This document shows positions 14,824 through 22,836 of a DNA stretch of 24,212 nt, in pieces (within the stretch, counting starts at the first letter, position 1; every line of letters begins with the position of its first letter). The notes below the pieces were generated by a model, which saw only the letters and a list, made by a program, of their open reading frames with translations, made no database searches and was not told the DNA's origin. The DNA is from a virus (Duplodnaviria > Caudoviricetes). The position numbers were made by a program, and so were the translations under genes. The stretch is taken from positions 1-24,212 of IMG/VR virus record IMGVR_UViG_3300017548_000019. The stretch is one strand, 5' to 3'.

Positions 14824-15288
14824 ATGGCCATGACAGGCCAATCGATCAGACCCATTGACCGGGCGCTTGCCCGCGCCAAAGAACTCGGCATGAATCAAGT
14901 CGAGTTTGCGGCCGCAATGGACACACTTCCTCAACACGTCACGAACTGGAAACGGCGGGGTATGCCGCCGGAGCATCACGCGCGCGCAGCGAAAGTGCTG
15001 CATTGGACGATCGAGCAGTTGTTGGGGTTGACCACTCAAGGCAGGCTCCCGGCAGAGTCCGCCATAGGGCATCAGGCCAAAGCCGAAACAATGAGCGATG
15101 CCGAATTGGATCGAGCCCTGCTGGATTTGCCGCGTGAGCTGAAAATATCGCTATTGAACACAGTGAGACGTGCTCGACAGCCTTCGCCCCCTCCTACCGT
15201 GCAGCCTCTGCAGACAGACATCCCTGGCGCAACTGAACGCCGCGGGCGTCGACGGATGCGAACGGGGACGAAGCGAGATGCACGATGA
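14824..15288 (+). CDS. cI: CI-like XRE repressor lacking an S24 autoprotease domain
   Basis: GMNQVEFAAAMDTLPQHVTNWKRRGMPP...AKVLHWTIEQLL; start at 14824 or 14830 after the operators. Confidence 0.85.
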   Translation: MAMTGQSIRPIDRALARAKELGMNQVEFAAAMDTLPQHVTNWKRRGMPPEHHARAAKVLHWTIEQLLGLTTQGRLPAESAIGHQAKAETMSDAELDRALLDLPRELKISLLNTVRRARQPSPPPTVQPLQTDIPGATERRGRRRMRTGTKRDAR

Positions 15289-15550
15289 CGGAAAGCTGAA
15301 AGTACTCAGAATTGGACCTGATGTTGAGACAAAGGAACTGTTCGAGCGGCTGGCGCAAGCCGCAAACGATGGAGATGTGGTCGGGGCGGTCGTGATTGCC
15401 ATGTGTCCGCGGACCGGCCGAACCGGAAAGAAATATTTCATGTCGCTGGCCGGCAGCGCCGCCCGGAATCCCACTTATGCATCCGGCGCAATGAGCGCTT
15501 GCCAGGCTCTCGTTCAGGATCTCGCGCTCGAGGACGCTGGCTTGCTCTGA
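15278..15550 (+). CDS. Hypothetical protein coupled to cI, 90 aa
   Basis: Start overlaps the cI 3' end; LFERLAQAANDGDVVGAVVIAM...AGSAARNPTYASG. Confidence 0.75.
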   Translation: MHDDGKLKVLRIGPDVETKELFERLAQAANDGDVVGAVVIAMCPRTGRTGKKYFMSLAGSAARNPTYASGAMSACQALVQDLALEDAGLL

Positions 15551-15650
15551 TCGCGCGAGCTGCCAGCGTCAACAGCAACATCGCAGACCATTGCGGGTAA
15601 ATAACAAATGAACGGCTCGAACATAACGTCAACACAGCGGAGACCAAACC

Positions 15651-15848
15651 ATGGCAGATGACTCACGAAGCGTAAGCGGCACCATCCACACGGTTAATGA
15701 CGACGGACAGGCTCAAGTCGCATTGCAACTAGCGGGATATATTTCACGATCTGAGGCAGGTGTCGCAAAGAATCGAGATTACTGGCTGAATCTTTATGTC
15801 GAGTGCCACCACGTCGTGACACACGGCAGGCGGAAGGACGAAAAATAG
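15651..15848 (+). CDS. Small immunity-region protein, 65 aa
   Basis: GGAG RBS; VALQLA...RDYWLNLYVEC. Confidence 0.75.
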   Translation: MADDSRSVSGTIHTVNDDGQAQVALQLAGYISRSEAGVAKNRDYWLNLYVECHHVVTHGRRKDEK

Positions 15849-15856
15849 GCATTCAA

Positions 15857-15886
15857 GCCCGGCGACCACCAGAGTGGCCGCCGGGC
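15857..15886. terminator. Hairpin between convergent genes (possibly bidirectional terminator)
   Basis: GCCCGGCG-a-CCAC-caga-GTGG-c-CGCCGGGC; no strong U-tract. Confidence 0.55.
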
Positions 15887-15893
15887 CCACCCT

Positions 15894-16070
15894 TCAATCG
15901 CCCGTTGGTTTCTCGGTACCGAGCAGGAACTGCCGGTACTTCTCGGCGCGCTTCAGTACAAACTTCTCCTGCGTCTCGTCATCAACCTTCCCGCCATAGT
16001 CTTGGCGGGCGGCCTCCAGCGCAACCTCACTCGCTCGCAGCGTTTGCGCCAAGCTCGCTTTCTCGTCCAC
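15894..16070 (-). CDS. Small immunity-region protein, 58 aa (not in ORF track)
   Basis: AGGAG RBS, GTG start; MDEKASLAQTLRASEVALEAARQDYGGKVDDETQEKFVLKRAEKYRQFLLGTEKPTGD. Confidence 0.75.
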   Translation of the reverse strand: MDEKASLAQTLRASEVALEAARQDYGGKVDDETQEKFVLKRAEKYRQFLLGTEKPTGD

Positions 16071-16131
16071 GTCTGATCTCCTGATGTAACTGGGCTCCGG
16101 GGAGAGCCCTCGCCGCAGAATACTACTTTCT

Positions 16132-16171
16132 TAAACATCCCGTTGACTGGTGATTAAACGTCGTGTTTAAT
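16132..16171 (+). promoter_or_regulatory. OL: two operators and pL
   Basis: TAAAC-ATCCC-GTTGA (16132), TAAAC-GTCGT-GTTTA (16155); TTGACT-N17-TTTAAT. Confidence 0.9.
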
Positions 16172-16208
16172 GCCTCCCGTAGGCCCTCCGGCCGATTAGG
16201 GAGAGAGC

Positions 16209-16586
16209 GTGATCACCACCGACGCCGATCTGCTGCTGGCGATTCTCGAACAGCAAAAGCCGCTCGCAGTCCGCTCCGCCGAGCGCCTGGCGAGATTCAT
16301 TGCAACCGACTTCGACCCGAGCAGCGACGAAAGCTGGGCCACTGCCAATCAGTTGTGGCGTGGCGCGAAGCTGGCCCGGGACGTGTGGCGCTCCATCGCT
16401 CCGGGCGTGTACCTGGTGAACGGCCACAAGATCCGCACGAATTGCGATAGCGCCCCGATTCCTGGTCGCACCCATGAGTGGAGCGCCTTCCCTGACAATT
16501 ACGAGCCGGGCGACCCCGTTGGTAACGGCCGCACCGAGCAAGCCGCGATCGAAGATCTGATCGAACAGATCGAGGCGCGGTCATGA
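16209..16586 (+). CDS. Hypothetical protein, first gene of the pL operon
   Basis: GGGAG RBS; C-terminal PIP.R..EW.A..DNYEPGDPVG.G.TEQAAI.DL pattern. Confidence 0.8.
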   Translation: MITTDADLLLAILEQQKPLAVRSAERLARFIATDFDPSSDESWATANQLWRGAKLARDVWRSIAPGVYLVNGHKIRTNCDSAPIPGRTHEWSAFPDNYEPGDPVGNGRTEQAAIEDLIEQIEARS

Positions 16587-16849
16587 GCCTGCCCTCTTCC
16601 CTGTTGGGCCTCGAATCGCCCGCGCTCGACGCCGATCGCGATCCGCCGAACCTGCGCCGATATCCGAGCGCGGTGCAGACGGATCCGCACGTCGACAACT
16701 TCAAGCGCCAGGTCGCGCGTGACGAAGCGCTGCGTGAACGCCTGCGCCACGAGCGGCAGGACGAGCTCGCTCGTGAGCGCATGCGCCGCGAGCCCCGCGA
16801 AAACTATCTCGCTCGCGAGTACGGCGTCCGCCGCTGGGGGGAGCTGTGA
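16583..16849 (+). CDS. Hypothetical protein, 88 aa
   Basis: ATGA/GTGA coupling. Confidence 0.7.
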   Translation: MSLPSSLLGLESPALDADRDPPNLRRYPSAVQTDPHVDNFKRQVARDEALRERLRHERQDELARERMRREPRENYLAREYGVRRWGEL

Positions 16850-17124
16850 GCGAACTCACCCTGGAACTACGACCGACCACGTTGATGCCGCGCCGGATGG
16901 TTGTTCGGCGGCATCCCGATGATCGGGGCGACATGCGCGTCTCCGTCTTCTCCAAGACGGGTAAGTTCGGGCGGATGCTGGCCTACGGCGCGGGCCAGCC
17001 CCATCTCGCGCGATCCGCTCTCGATCGCGAATTCACTTTCTGGGTCGGCCGTGCCGGCTTCGATGTGACGGACACCGAAGCGAAGCAGATCTCCGAAACG
17101 TTTGGCCTGGAGATCCCGTCATGA
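16846..17124 (+). CDS. Hypothetical protein, 92 aa
   Basis: GTGA/ATGA coupling, GGAG RBS. Confidence 0.7.
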   Translation: MSELTLELRPTTLMPRRMVVRRHPDDRGDMRVSVFSKTGKFGRMLAYGAGQPHLARSALDREFTFWVGRAGFDVTDTEAKQISETFGLEIPS

Positions 17125-17246
17125 GCCGGCGCGGCGATTCATTTGCGCCCGAGGCCTGGTTCCTCGTTGTGCTCTTCCTCCTGTCCATCGCGGGCGGGTT
17201 TCTCGGCGTGATGTTCGGCTTCTGGTTGTCGCCATGCGCGTGCTGA
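17121..17246 (+). CDS. Small single-TM protein, 41 aa (not in ORF track)
   Basis: ATGA coupling, GGAG RBS; MSRRGDSFAPEAWFLVVLFLLSIAGGFLGVMFGFWLSPCAC. Confidence 0.65.
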   Translation: MSRRGDSFAPEAWFLVVLFLLSIAGGFLGVMFGFWLSPCAC

Positions 17247-17413
17247 ACCTGTTCGCCATCCAGCCGCGCGTGACACCGGACCCGGAGCGCGCTGCCGAAC
17301 TGCAGCGTCGAATCGATGCGCTCCAGTACCGCCCCGAGGCCGGCTTTCACCGCGATCGTTTGCAACAACGCGTGACGGAGGCGCCGATGCAGCCGCGGCG
17401 GCGAGCACCATGA
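17234..17413 (+). CDS. Hypothetical protein, 59 aa
   Basis: Overlaps both neighbours; MRVLNLFAIQPRVTPDPERAAELQRR. Confidence 0.55.
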   Translation: MRVLNLFAIQPRVTPDPERAAELQRRIDALQYRPEAGFHRDRLQQRVTEAPMQPRRRAP

Positions 17414-17610
17414 AGAACCGCACGCCACTGCAGACCGAAGCGGATCAGATCGACTGCAACCTCTATCGAGTCATCAGTCAGATCGAGCAGCTTGTCGACC
17501 GCACACCGGCCGCTGCGGCAAAGCTGCGGGCCGCTGCTCACAAGCTGCGCTCCGCGCGTGGCGATGTCCGCCGATTCATGCATCCGTCCGATCGCGAGGT
17601 GACTTGGTGA
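17410..17610 (+). CDS. Hypothetical protein, 66 aa
   Basis: ATGA/GTGA coupling. Confidence 0.7.
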   Translation: MKNRTPLQTEADQIDCNLYRVISQIEQLVDRTPAAAAKLRAAAHKLRSARGDVRRFMHPSDREVTW

Positions 17611-17783
17611 GCGCCAATTCCAACAACGTCGTGCAGCTGCCGGCGACGCCGTTCCTTCTGGAACTGCACTCCGAACGAATGATCGACGCGATGCATGCGC
17701 TCCGCGATGCCGGATTCCGCGTCGAGCACGTCATCAATACAAACAATCGTTTCCGCGTCGAAGACGCACAGGAGCAAGAGTGA
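17607..17783 (+). CDS. Hypothetical protein, 58 aa (not in ORF track)
   Basis: GAGGTG RBS, GTGA coupling at both ends; MSANSNNVVQLPATPFLLELHSERMIDAMHALRDAGF. Confidence 0.65.
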   Translation: MSANSNNVVQLPATPFLLELHSERMIDAMHALRDAGFRVEHVINTNNRFRVEDAQEQE

Positions 17784-18754
17784 ACGCCATTGTCCAAGCT
17801 TCGCAGACGGCGCTCGTCGCCCAGACTGCGAGTGTCACCGAGCTGCGGGCTCGTGCGACGAAGATTCGCCAGGCCATGAAGTCTGTCATGGAGTCCGGCA
17901 TTCACTACGGCGTAATTCCTGGCACCGGCAAGCCGTCGCTGTACAAGCCCGGCAGCGAGACGCTGCTGTCAATGTTTCATATCTCCTGCGAGCCGATTGT
18001 CGAGGACCTGTCCACCGAGGACTGCATCCGATATCGCGTCACGGCGCGCGGTGTTCACGCACCCACTGGCACAGTGATCGGCTTCGGCATCGGAGAGGCC
18101 TCTACCGGCGAGGAAAAGTACAAATGGCGCAAAGCCTACAACCGTGAATGGAACGCAACTGACGTAGATCGCCGCCGCATCAAATACGGTTGGGACAAGG
18201 AGAAGCGCGAGGAATACGAAATCCTGCAGGTGCGCACGGAACCAGCCGATCTCGCCAACACAGTGCTCAAGATGGCGAAGAAGCGCGCGCAGATCGACAT
18301 GACGCTGACTGCGCTGGCCGCTTCCGACGTGTTCAACCAGGACTTGGAGGATCTGCAGGCTGAGCTGCGCGAAACCATCATGGATGGCGACGATGCCGGC
18401 GACAATCAGCAGCAAAGCCAGCATCAAGGCCAGCGGCGCGGACGGCAGCAGACGCAGGCTCCGCGCTCGCGCGCCTCCAACGGAAACGGCGGCGGCACTG
18501 GCGGCGGCAACGGCCGATGCACCGAGAAGCAAGTGAAGCTGCTCGGCATGAAGCTCGACCATGCGGGCATCCCGCCAAAAGACTTTCTGACGCACTTCAA
18601 GATCGCTGACATCGCGGAGCTACCCTTCGCCAAGGTCAACGAGGCACTGCAGTGGATCCAGAACCCCGATAGCGGCAGCGACGATACATCAGATGATGAC
18701 GGCGATCGCAGCGGCGACATCGGTGACGGCCGGCAAGCAGGCAACGGCTGGTAA
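17780..18754 (+). CDS. Putative single-strand annealing/recombination protein (Rad52-superfamily-like, inferred)
   Basis: GIHYGVIPGTGKPSLYKPGSE, NTVLKMAKKRA, SDVFNQDLED core; disordered linker; TEKQ..L small domain and acidic tail; adjacent to an exonuclease. Confidence 0.6.
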   Translation: MNAIVQASQTALVAQTASVTELRARATKIRQAMKSVMESGIHYGVIPGTGKPSLYKPGSETLLSMFHISCEPIVEDLSTEDCIRYRVTARGVHAPTGTVIGFGIGEASTGEEKYKWRKAYNREWNATDVDRRRIKYGWDKEKREEYEILQVRTEPADLANTVLKMAKKRAQIDMTLTALAASDVFNQDLEDLQAELRETIMDGDDAGDNQQQSQHQGQRRGRQQTQAPRSRASNGNGGGTGGGNGRCTEKQVKLLGMKLDHAGIPPKDFLTHFKIADIAELPFAKVNEALQWIQNPDSGSDDTSDDDGDRSGDIGDGRQAGNGW

Positions 18755-18756
18755 TC

Positions 18757-19353
18757 ATGGCCGCAACGCTCCACTTCGACGCCGACGCGCACATCTACAC
18801 GTTGAACGGGCGGCGCTTGCCGTCCGTGACTCAGGTGCTGCAGCAGCTGGAAGCGCTCGACGGCATACCGGCCGACGTGCTCGAGCATGCCCGGATCCGC
18901 GGCCAGCATGTACACGAAGCGATGGCGCTGCTGGTCCGCGATGACCTCGACTGGTCATCGCTCGACGCCGAACTCGTTCCATACATCGAGGGCGGCAAAC
19001 GTTTCTTAGAAGAGTCCGGCCTGACCGTCATCGCGAGCGAGCTGCGCGTCGCATGCAGCCGGATCGGCTGCGCCGGCACGCTCGATCTGCTCGCTCACTG
19101 GCGGAATTCCGAAGCGCTCATCGACTGGAAAGCGACGTTCGCCATGCCGCCAACGGTCGGCCCGCAAACGGCTGCATACGACCGCCTCTATCAATCCATG
19201 TTCGGCGGACGCAGCACCAAACACCGCCGGCGCTACTGCGTCCAGCTGAAGCCCAACGGCTACAAGGTTTATCCCCTCACCGATCCCGCTGACTGGTCGA
19301 TTTTTCAGTCGGCTCTAAACATCCACCACTGGAGAGCAAAGCATGCAGCCTAA
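18757..19353 (+). CDS. PD-(D/E)XK exonuclease
   Basis: FD...H.Y...G..LPSVTQVL, RG..VH, AGTLDLL, LIDWK, Q.AAY motifs. Confidence 0.85.
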   Translation: MAATLHFDADAHIYTLNGRRLPSVTQVLQQLEALDGIPADVLEHARIRGQHVHEAMALLVRDDLDWSSLDAELVPYIEGGKRFLEESGLTVIASELRVACSRIGCAGTLDLLAHWRNSEALIDWKATFAMPPTVGPQTAAYDRLYQSMFGGRSTKHRRRYCVQLKPNGYKVYPLTDPADWSIFQSALNIHHWRAKHAA

Positions 19354-20035
19354 TTTGAAAGCCGACGCCGAAGTGGTCGCCATCCAGCCCGAAGTTGGCA
19401 ACCTCACATCGTTCGCGCAGTCGCTGGTGATCAAAACCGCCGAGGGCTATCAGGCCGCGGCCAATCGTTTGATGATGATTAAGTCGATGCTCAAGAAGAT
19501 CGACGACGCGCACTCGCGCGTGAAAAAGCCGATCCTCGCCGCCGGTCGCGAGTTGGATGCGCAGAAGAATGAAGCGTCGGCACCGCTGAAATCCGCTGAG
19601 ATACAGATCAAGCGCGCCATGAGTGACTTCACGACCGAGCAAGAGCGCATCCGTCGCATCGAGCAAGCAAAGGCCGACGAAGCCGCGCGCAAGCAGCAGG
19701 AGAAGCTGCAGCAGCAGGCGGCGAGGGCGGCGGCATCGGGCAAGTTCGAAAAGGCCGGGCAGCTCGAGCAGCGTGCCGCGACCGTGGTCGCGCCTGTCAT
19801 CCAGATCGAGTCGCCGAAGGTCGCGGGCATCAGCCCGCGCGAGACCTGGCATGCCGAATGCGTCGACCTGAAGGCGCTGGTGAAGGCCATCGCCGAAGGT
19901 CGGGCGCCGCTGTCCCTCGTGATGGCGAACGACAAGGTGCTCGGCGCGCAGGCTCGCAGTCTCAAAGCGGACTTCGTCTGCGACGGGGTGCGCGTGTGGT
20001 CGGAGAAGTCGATCGCAGCCGCCGGCGCCGCTTGA
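19343..20035 (+). CDS. Coiled-coil phage protein of the recombination module
   Basis: GGAG RBS; long heptad/EKR-rich helix; C-terminal RETW...VD...L...DGVRVW. Confidence 0.75.
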   Translation: MQPNLKADAEVVAIQPEVGNLTSFAQSLVIKTAEGYQAAANRLMMIKSMLKKIDDAHSRVKKPILAAGRELDAQKNEASAPLKSAEIQIKRAMSDFTTEQERIRRIEQAKADEAARKQQEKLQQQAARAAASGKFEKAGQLEQRAATVVAPVIQIESPKVAGISPRETWHAECVDLKALVKAIAEGRAPLSLVMANDKVLGAQARSLKADFVCDGVRVWSEKSIAAAGAA

Positions 20036-20045
20036 TTTAGGCCAG

Positions 20046-20108
20046 GCGGCTGCGGCGAGGGCTCCCCTCCAATGTTTCCTCGCCCACCAACACCGCAGCC
20101 GCTTTTTT
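20046..20108 (+). terminator. Terminator-like structure with a large structured loop
   Basis: GCGGCTGCGG...CCGCAGCCGC-TTTTTT; inner GGCGAGG/CCTCGCC pairing. Confidence 0.6.
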
Positions 20109-20126
20109 ATACCAGCAGGAAATAAC

Positions 20127-21725
20127 ATGAACATTCAAGCCATCACCATACCGCTGACGCACCTGGTGCTGTCGCAGACACCGATGCAGCAGGAACGGCG
20201 GAAGCATCGCACCGAGAAGGACATCAAAGAGCTGGCCGAGTCGATGGCCAGCGTGAAGCAGATTCATCCGATCGTCGTGCGCCCGGATCCGATGTCCGAG
20301 ATCCGCCGCTCAGACGACGGCGCTCCTTTATATGAGATCGTTGCCGGCGAGGGGCGCTATCTCGCCGCCGAAGAAGCCGGCATCACTGCGCTACGCGCCG
20401 AAGTTCGTGACCTTACCGATGAGCAGGTCGAAGAGATCCAGTTAATTGAGAACCTGCAGCGCACAGGCCTGCACGAGCTCGTCGAGGCCGAAGGGTACGA
20501 GGCACTGCAGAAGCGCGGGCACAGCGTCGACGAGATCGCGGTTCGCACCGGCAAGAGCAAGGCCACCATCTATGCACGACTGAAGCTGCTGGATCTTTGC
20601 CCCGATGCTCGCAAGGCGCTTCGCGACGGGAAAGTCAGTGCGTCGATCGCGTTGCTGCTCGCTCGGATTCCCGTCGAGGATCTGCAGAAGAAGGCGCTTG
20701 AGCACATCCTGCAGCCGCGCGCCTGGAACCCCGACCCGATGAGCTATCGCGACGCCGCCGAGTACGTGCAACGCGAGTTCACATTGCGCCTGACCGAGGC
20801 GCCGTTTCCTCGGGATGATGCGGGCCTGGTGGCTGGCGCCGGTACGTGCGGCGCCTGCCCGAAGCGCACCGGCAACCAGCCCGAGCTGTTCGGCGATGTG
20901 AAGAGTGCAGACGTCTGCACCGATCCGAAATGCTTCAGCGCGAAGCGCGCTGCATGGAACAAGCTGCAGCTTGCGAAGGCCAAGGAAACTGGCAAGCCAA
21001 TCATCACCGGCGCCGAAGCCAAGAAGATCAATCGTAAGCCGTACTACGGCCCGGACGCTCCGAGCCTGAGCCACGGCTATGTGCGGCCCGCCGACAAGTG
21101 TCCCGAGGATCCGAAGGGCCGCAGCTATGCCGAATTGCTCGGCAAAGGTGCTGACGGCGTGCTGCTACAGAACCCGGATACGGGATCGTTCAGCAAGGCA
21201 TTCAAGCGCGAGGATATCGCGTCCGCGCTGAAGGCAAAACACGGCATCACGCTGAAGAAGGATCCGGAGCCTGTCGTCGGGCAGCAGTCGACGTACAACG
21301 AGCGCGACAACCAGATCGAGAAGCTGTTCCGTCTCAAGGTTATTCGCGCGATCTTCGACAAATCTCCCAAGAAGGCCTCGCGCGGGGCGATGGTCTACCT
21401 GATCGCGCGAGAGTTGGAGTCCACCGACACGGAGCATTTGTTTGAGGCGCTCGGTTGGAAGTTTCCCGGATACGGGAAGGTGGAAGATCACGTCGCGAAG
21501 CTCTCCGATTCAGATCTCAATCGGCTGATGCACATCGCGCCGTTCTGGCACCAGCTCGGCCATTGGGGCGATGCCAAGGATCTGCTCGCACAGGCGAAGA
21601 CGCACAAGGTCAATACGAAGGAACTCCGCAACCAGGCGATCATCGAGACTGAGCCCAAGACCGCACCAGCGTCGGAGCCGGCGAAGGCCTCGACGAAGAA
21701 GAAGGCCGCGAGGAAGTCGAAATGA
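20127..21725 (+). CDS. Large ParB/RepB/Spo0J-family protein with a Cys4 motif
   Basis: LAESM....QIHPIVVRP, YEIVAGEGRYLAA, QLIENLQR..L..LVEAEGY, HTH; CGACPKRTG...CTDPKCF; AGGA RBS. Confidence 0.9.
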   Translation: MNIQAITIPLTHLVLSQTPMQQERRKHRTEKDIKELAESMASVKQIHPIVVRPDPMSEIRRSDDGAPLYEIVAGEGRYLAAEEAGITALRAEVRDLTDEQVEEIQLIENLQRTGLHELVEAEGYEALQKRGHSVDEIAVRTGKSKATIYARLKLLDLCPDARKALRDGKVSASIALLLARIPVEDLQKKALEHILQPRAWNPDPMSYRDAAEYVQREFTLRLTEAPFPRDDAGLVAGAGTCGACPKRTGNQPELFGDVKSADVCTDPKCFSAKRAAWNKLQLAKAKETGKPIITGAEAKKINRKPYYGPDAPSLSHGYVRPADKCPEDPKGRSYAELLGKGADGVLLQNPDTGSFSKAFKREDIASALKAKHGITLKKDPEPVVGQQSTYNERDNQIEKLFRLKVIRAIFDKSPKKASRGAMVYLIARELESTDTEHLFEALGWKFPGYGKVEDHVAKLSDSDLNRLMHIAPFWHQLGHWGDAKDLLAQAKTHKVNTKELRNQAIIETEPKTAPASEPAKASTKKKAARKSK

Positions 21726-21988
21726 CAGGCCTCCAACTGGATCCGGCCCGCATGGCGGCGATCGCCGATGGGCTATGCAAGGAACTTCCGAACGTTCCGC
21801 CGGAGGCACAACGTCACATGATCGACGCCGCCGGCGAACTCCGGCGGCTTGTCGACCAGGCGCGCGCGCTGCTGGCACAGCGCGCCAAGGACTTGCAGAA
21901 GCTCAAGGAGATCGTCGCCAGGGAATGCAACTGCGACGCCTGCAGAGCCGAGCGCGCGGGGAAACCGACACCAGGGAGCCTCAATTGA
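21722..21988 (+). CDS. Hypothetical protein, 88 aa
   Basis: ATGA coupling; coiled coil plus CNCDAC. Confidence 0.7.
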   Translation: MTGLQLDPARMAAIADGLCKELPNVPPEAQRHMIDAAGELRRLVDQARALLAQRAKDLQKLKEIVARECNCDACRAERAGKPTPGSLN

Positions 21989-22212
21989 GCGCCGTGGCCG
22001 CGAAGCTCCCAGTCTGCATCGGCTGCGGCTGCGATCAGCTCCACGCCTGCGATGCCGGCTGCTATTGGGTGCGCATCGATAAGGTTGCAGGCGCCGGCGT
22101 CTGTTCGGAGTGCCCGACGCATGTCGGGCGCTTCGACGCCGGCGATCGCAAGCTCTCGACGGAAGCTCGGCTCGAGCTGGACATGCGCGAGGTGTTCTCA
22201 AGCCATGCTTAG
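21985..22212 (+). CDS. Cys-rich zinc-binding phage protein, 75 aa
   Basis: TTGA coupling, GGGAG RBS; CIGCGCDQLHACDAGCYWV...VCSEC. Confidence 0.75.
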   Translation: MSAVAAKLPVCIGCGCDQLHACDAGCYWVRIDKVAGAGVCSECPTHVGRFDAGDRKLSTEARLELDMREVFSSHA

Positions 22213-22222
22213 CTCAGCCAAA

Positions 22223-22768
22223 TCAGCTTGGGCGTGTCACGAGGCGCAGCGAAGTCAAAATCCTTTCTGCGAGCCCCTTGAGCAGTTGCGCCGTCTGTAT
22301 GGCATCTGCGTCCCGGATGGGAACTCCCATCTTGACGACGCGGTCGAACGTTCGCCCGTAGGCAACGAAGTCGACAAGGTCCGTAGCGACCGATGCATCG
22401 AAGTATTTGAACTGATCGAAGGATTCGATCATCACGTCGAGACCAGCTATTCCTCGATCGTCTACAAAGTAAGCTGCGGAGCTAGGCCTCTGCAGGTTAT
22501 CCGCGATCACGTTCAGTGCTGTCTGGGCAGTCATCATTGCCGGCAGCAACAGGCGGGCACGCACCCAGATCTCCACAATGCTCTGCGCAGCTTCGTCCAG
22601 TTTATCGCTTTCCCGCTGTTTCCAGGCGAGCCACTTGTCGACAGCATAGAAGGCAGCCGTCACGGCAATTGCCAGCACAGTGCCAAAAGCTCCGACCCAC
22701 GCTGCAGCAGCCTCGGACGAGATAGCACTCCACCACGCAATGAACCCAACGTACTCGTAGCAAAACAT
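22223..22768 (-). CDS. Antisense moron: membrane-anchored hypothetical protein, 181 aa
   Basis: GAGGAG RBS; AAAWVGAFGTVLAIAVTAAFY TM segment; appears less GC-rich than flanks. Confidence 0.75.
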   Translation of the reverse strand: MFCYEYVGFIAWWSAISSEAAAAWVGAFGTVLAIAVTAAFYAVDKWLAWKQRESDKLDEAAQSIVEIWVRARLLLPAMMTAQTALNVIADNLQRPSSAAYFVDDRGIAGLDVMIESFDQFKYFDASVATDLVDFVAYGRTFDRVVKMGVPIRDADAIQTAQLLKGLAERILTSLRLVTRPS

Positions 22769-22836
22769 TGCGGCGACTCCTCTGTGTTGTTTGCGCGATC
22801 CGCCAGGCGCGAAGTATGCGTTAACGGGAGACGGCG

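Noticed and set aside
16172-16208. nut/boxB-like hairpin in the pL leader
   Set aside because: CTCCC/GGGAG pairing is short, and no boxA or N-like gene was recognised
18757-19353. Cas4
   Set aside because: Lacks the four-Cys Fe-S arrangement; context is phage recombination
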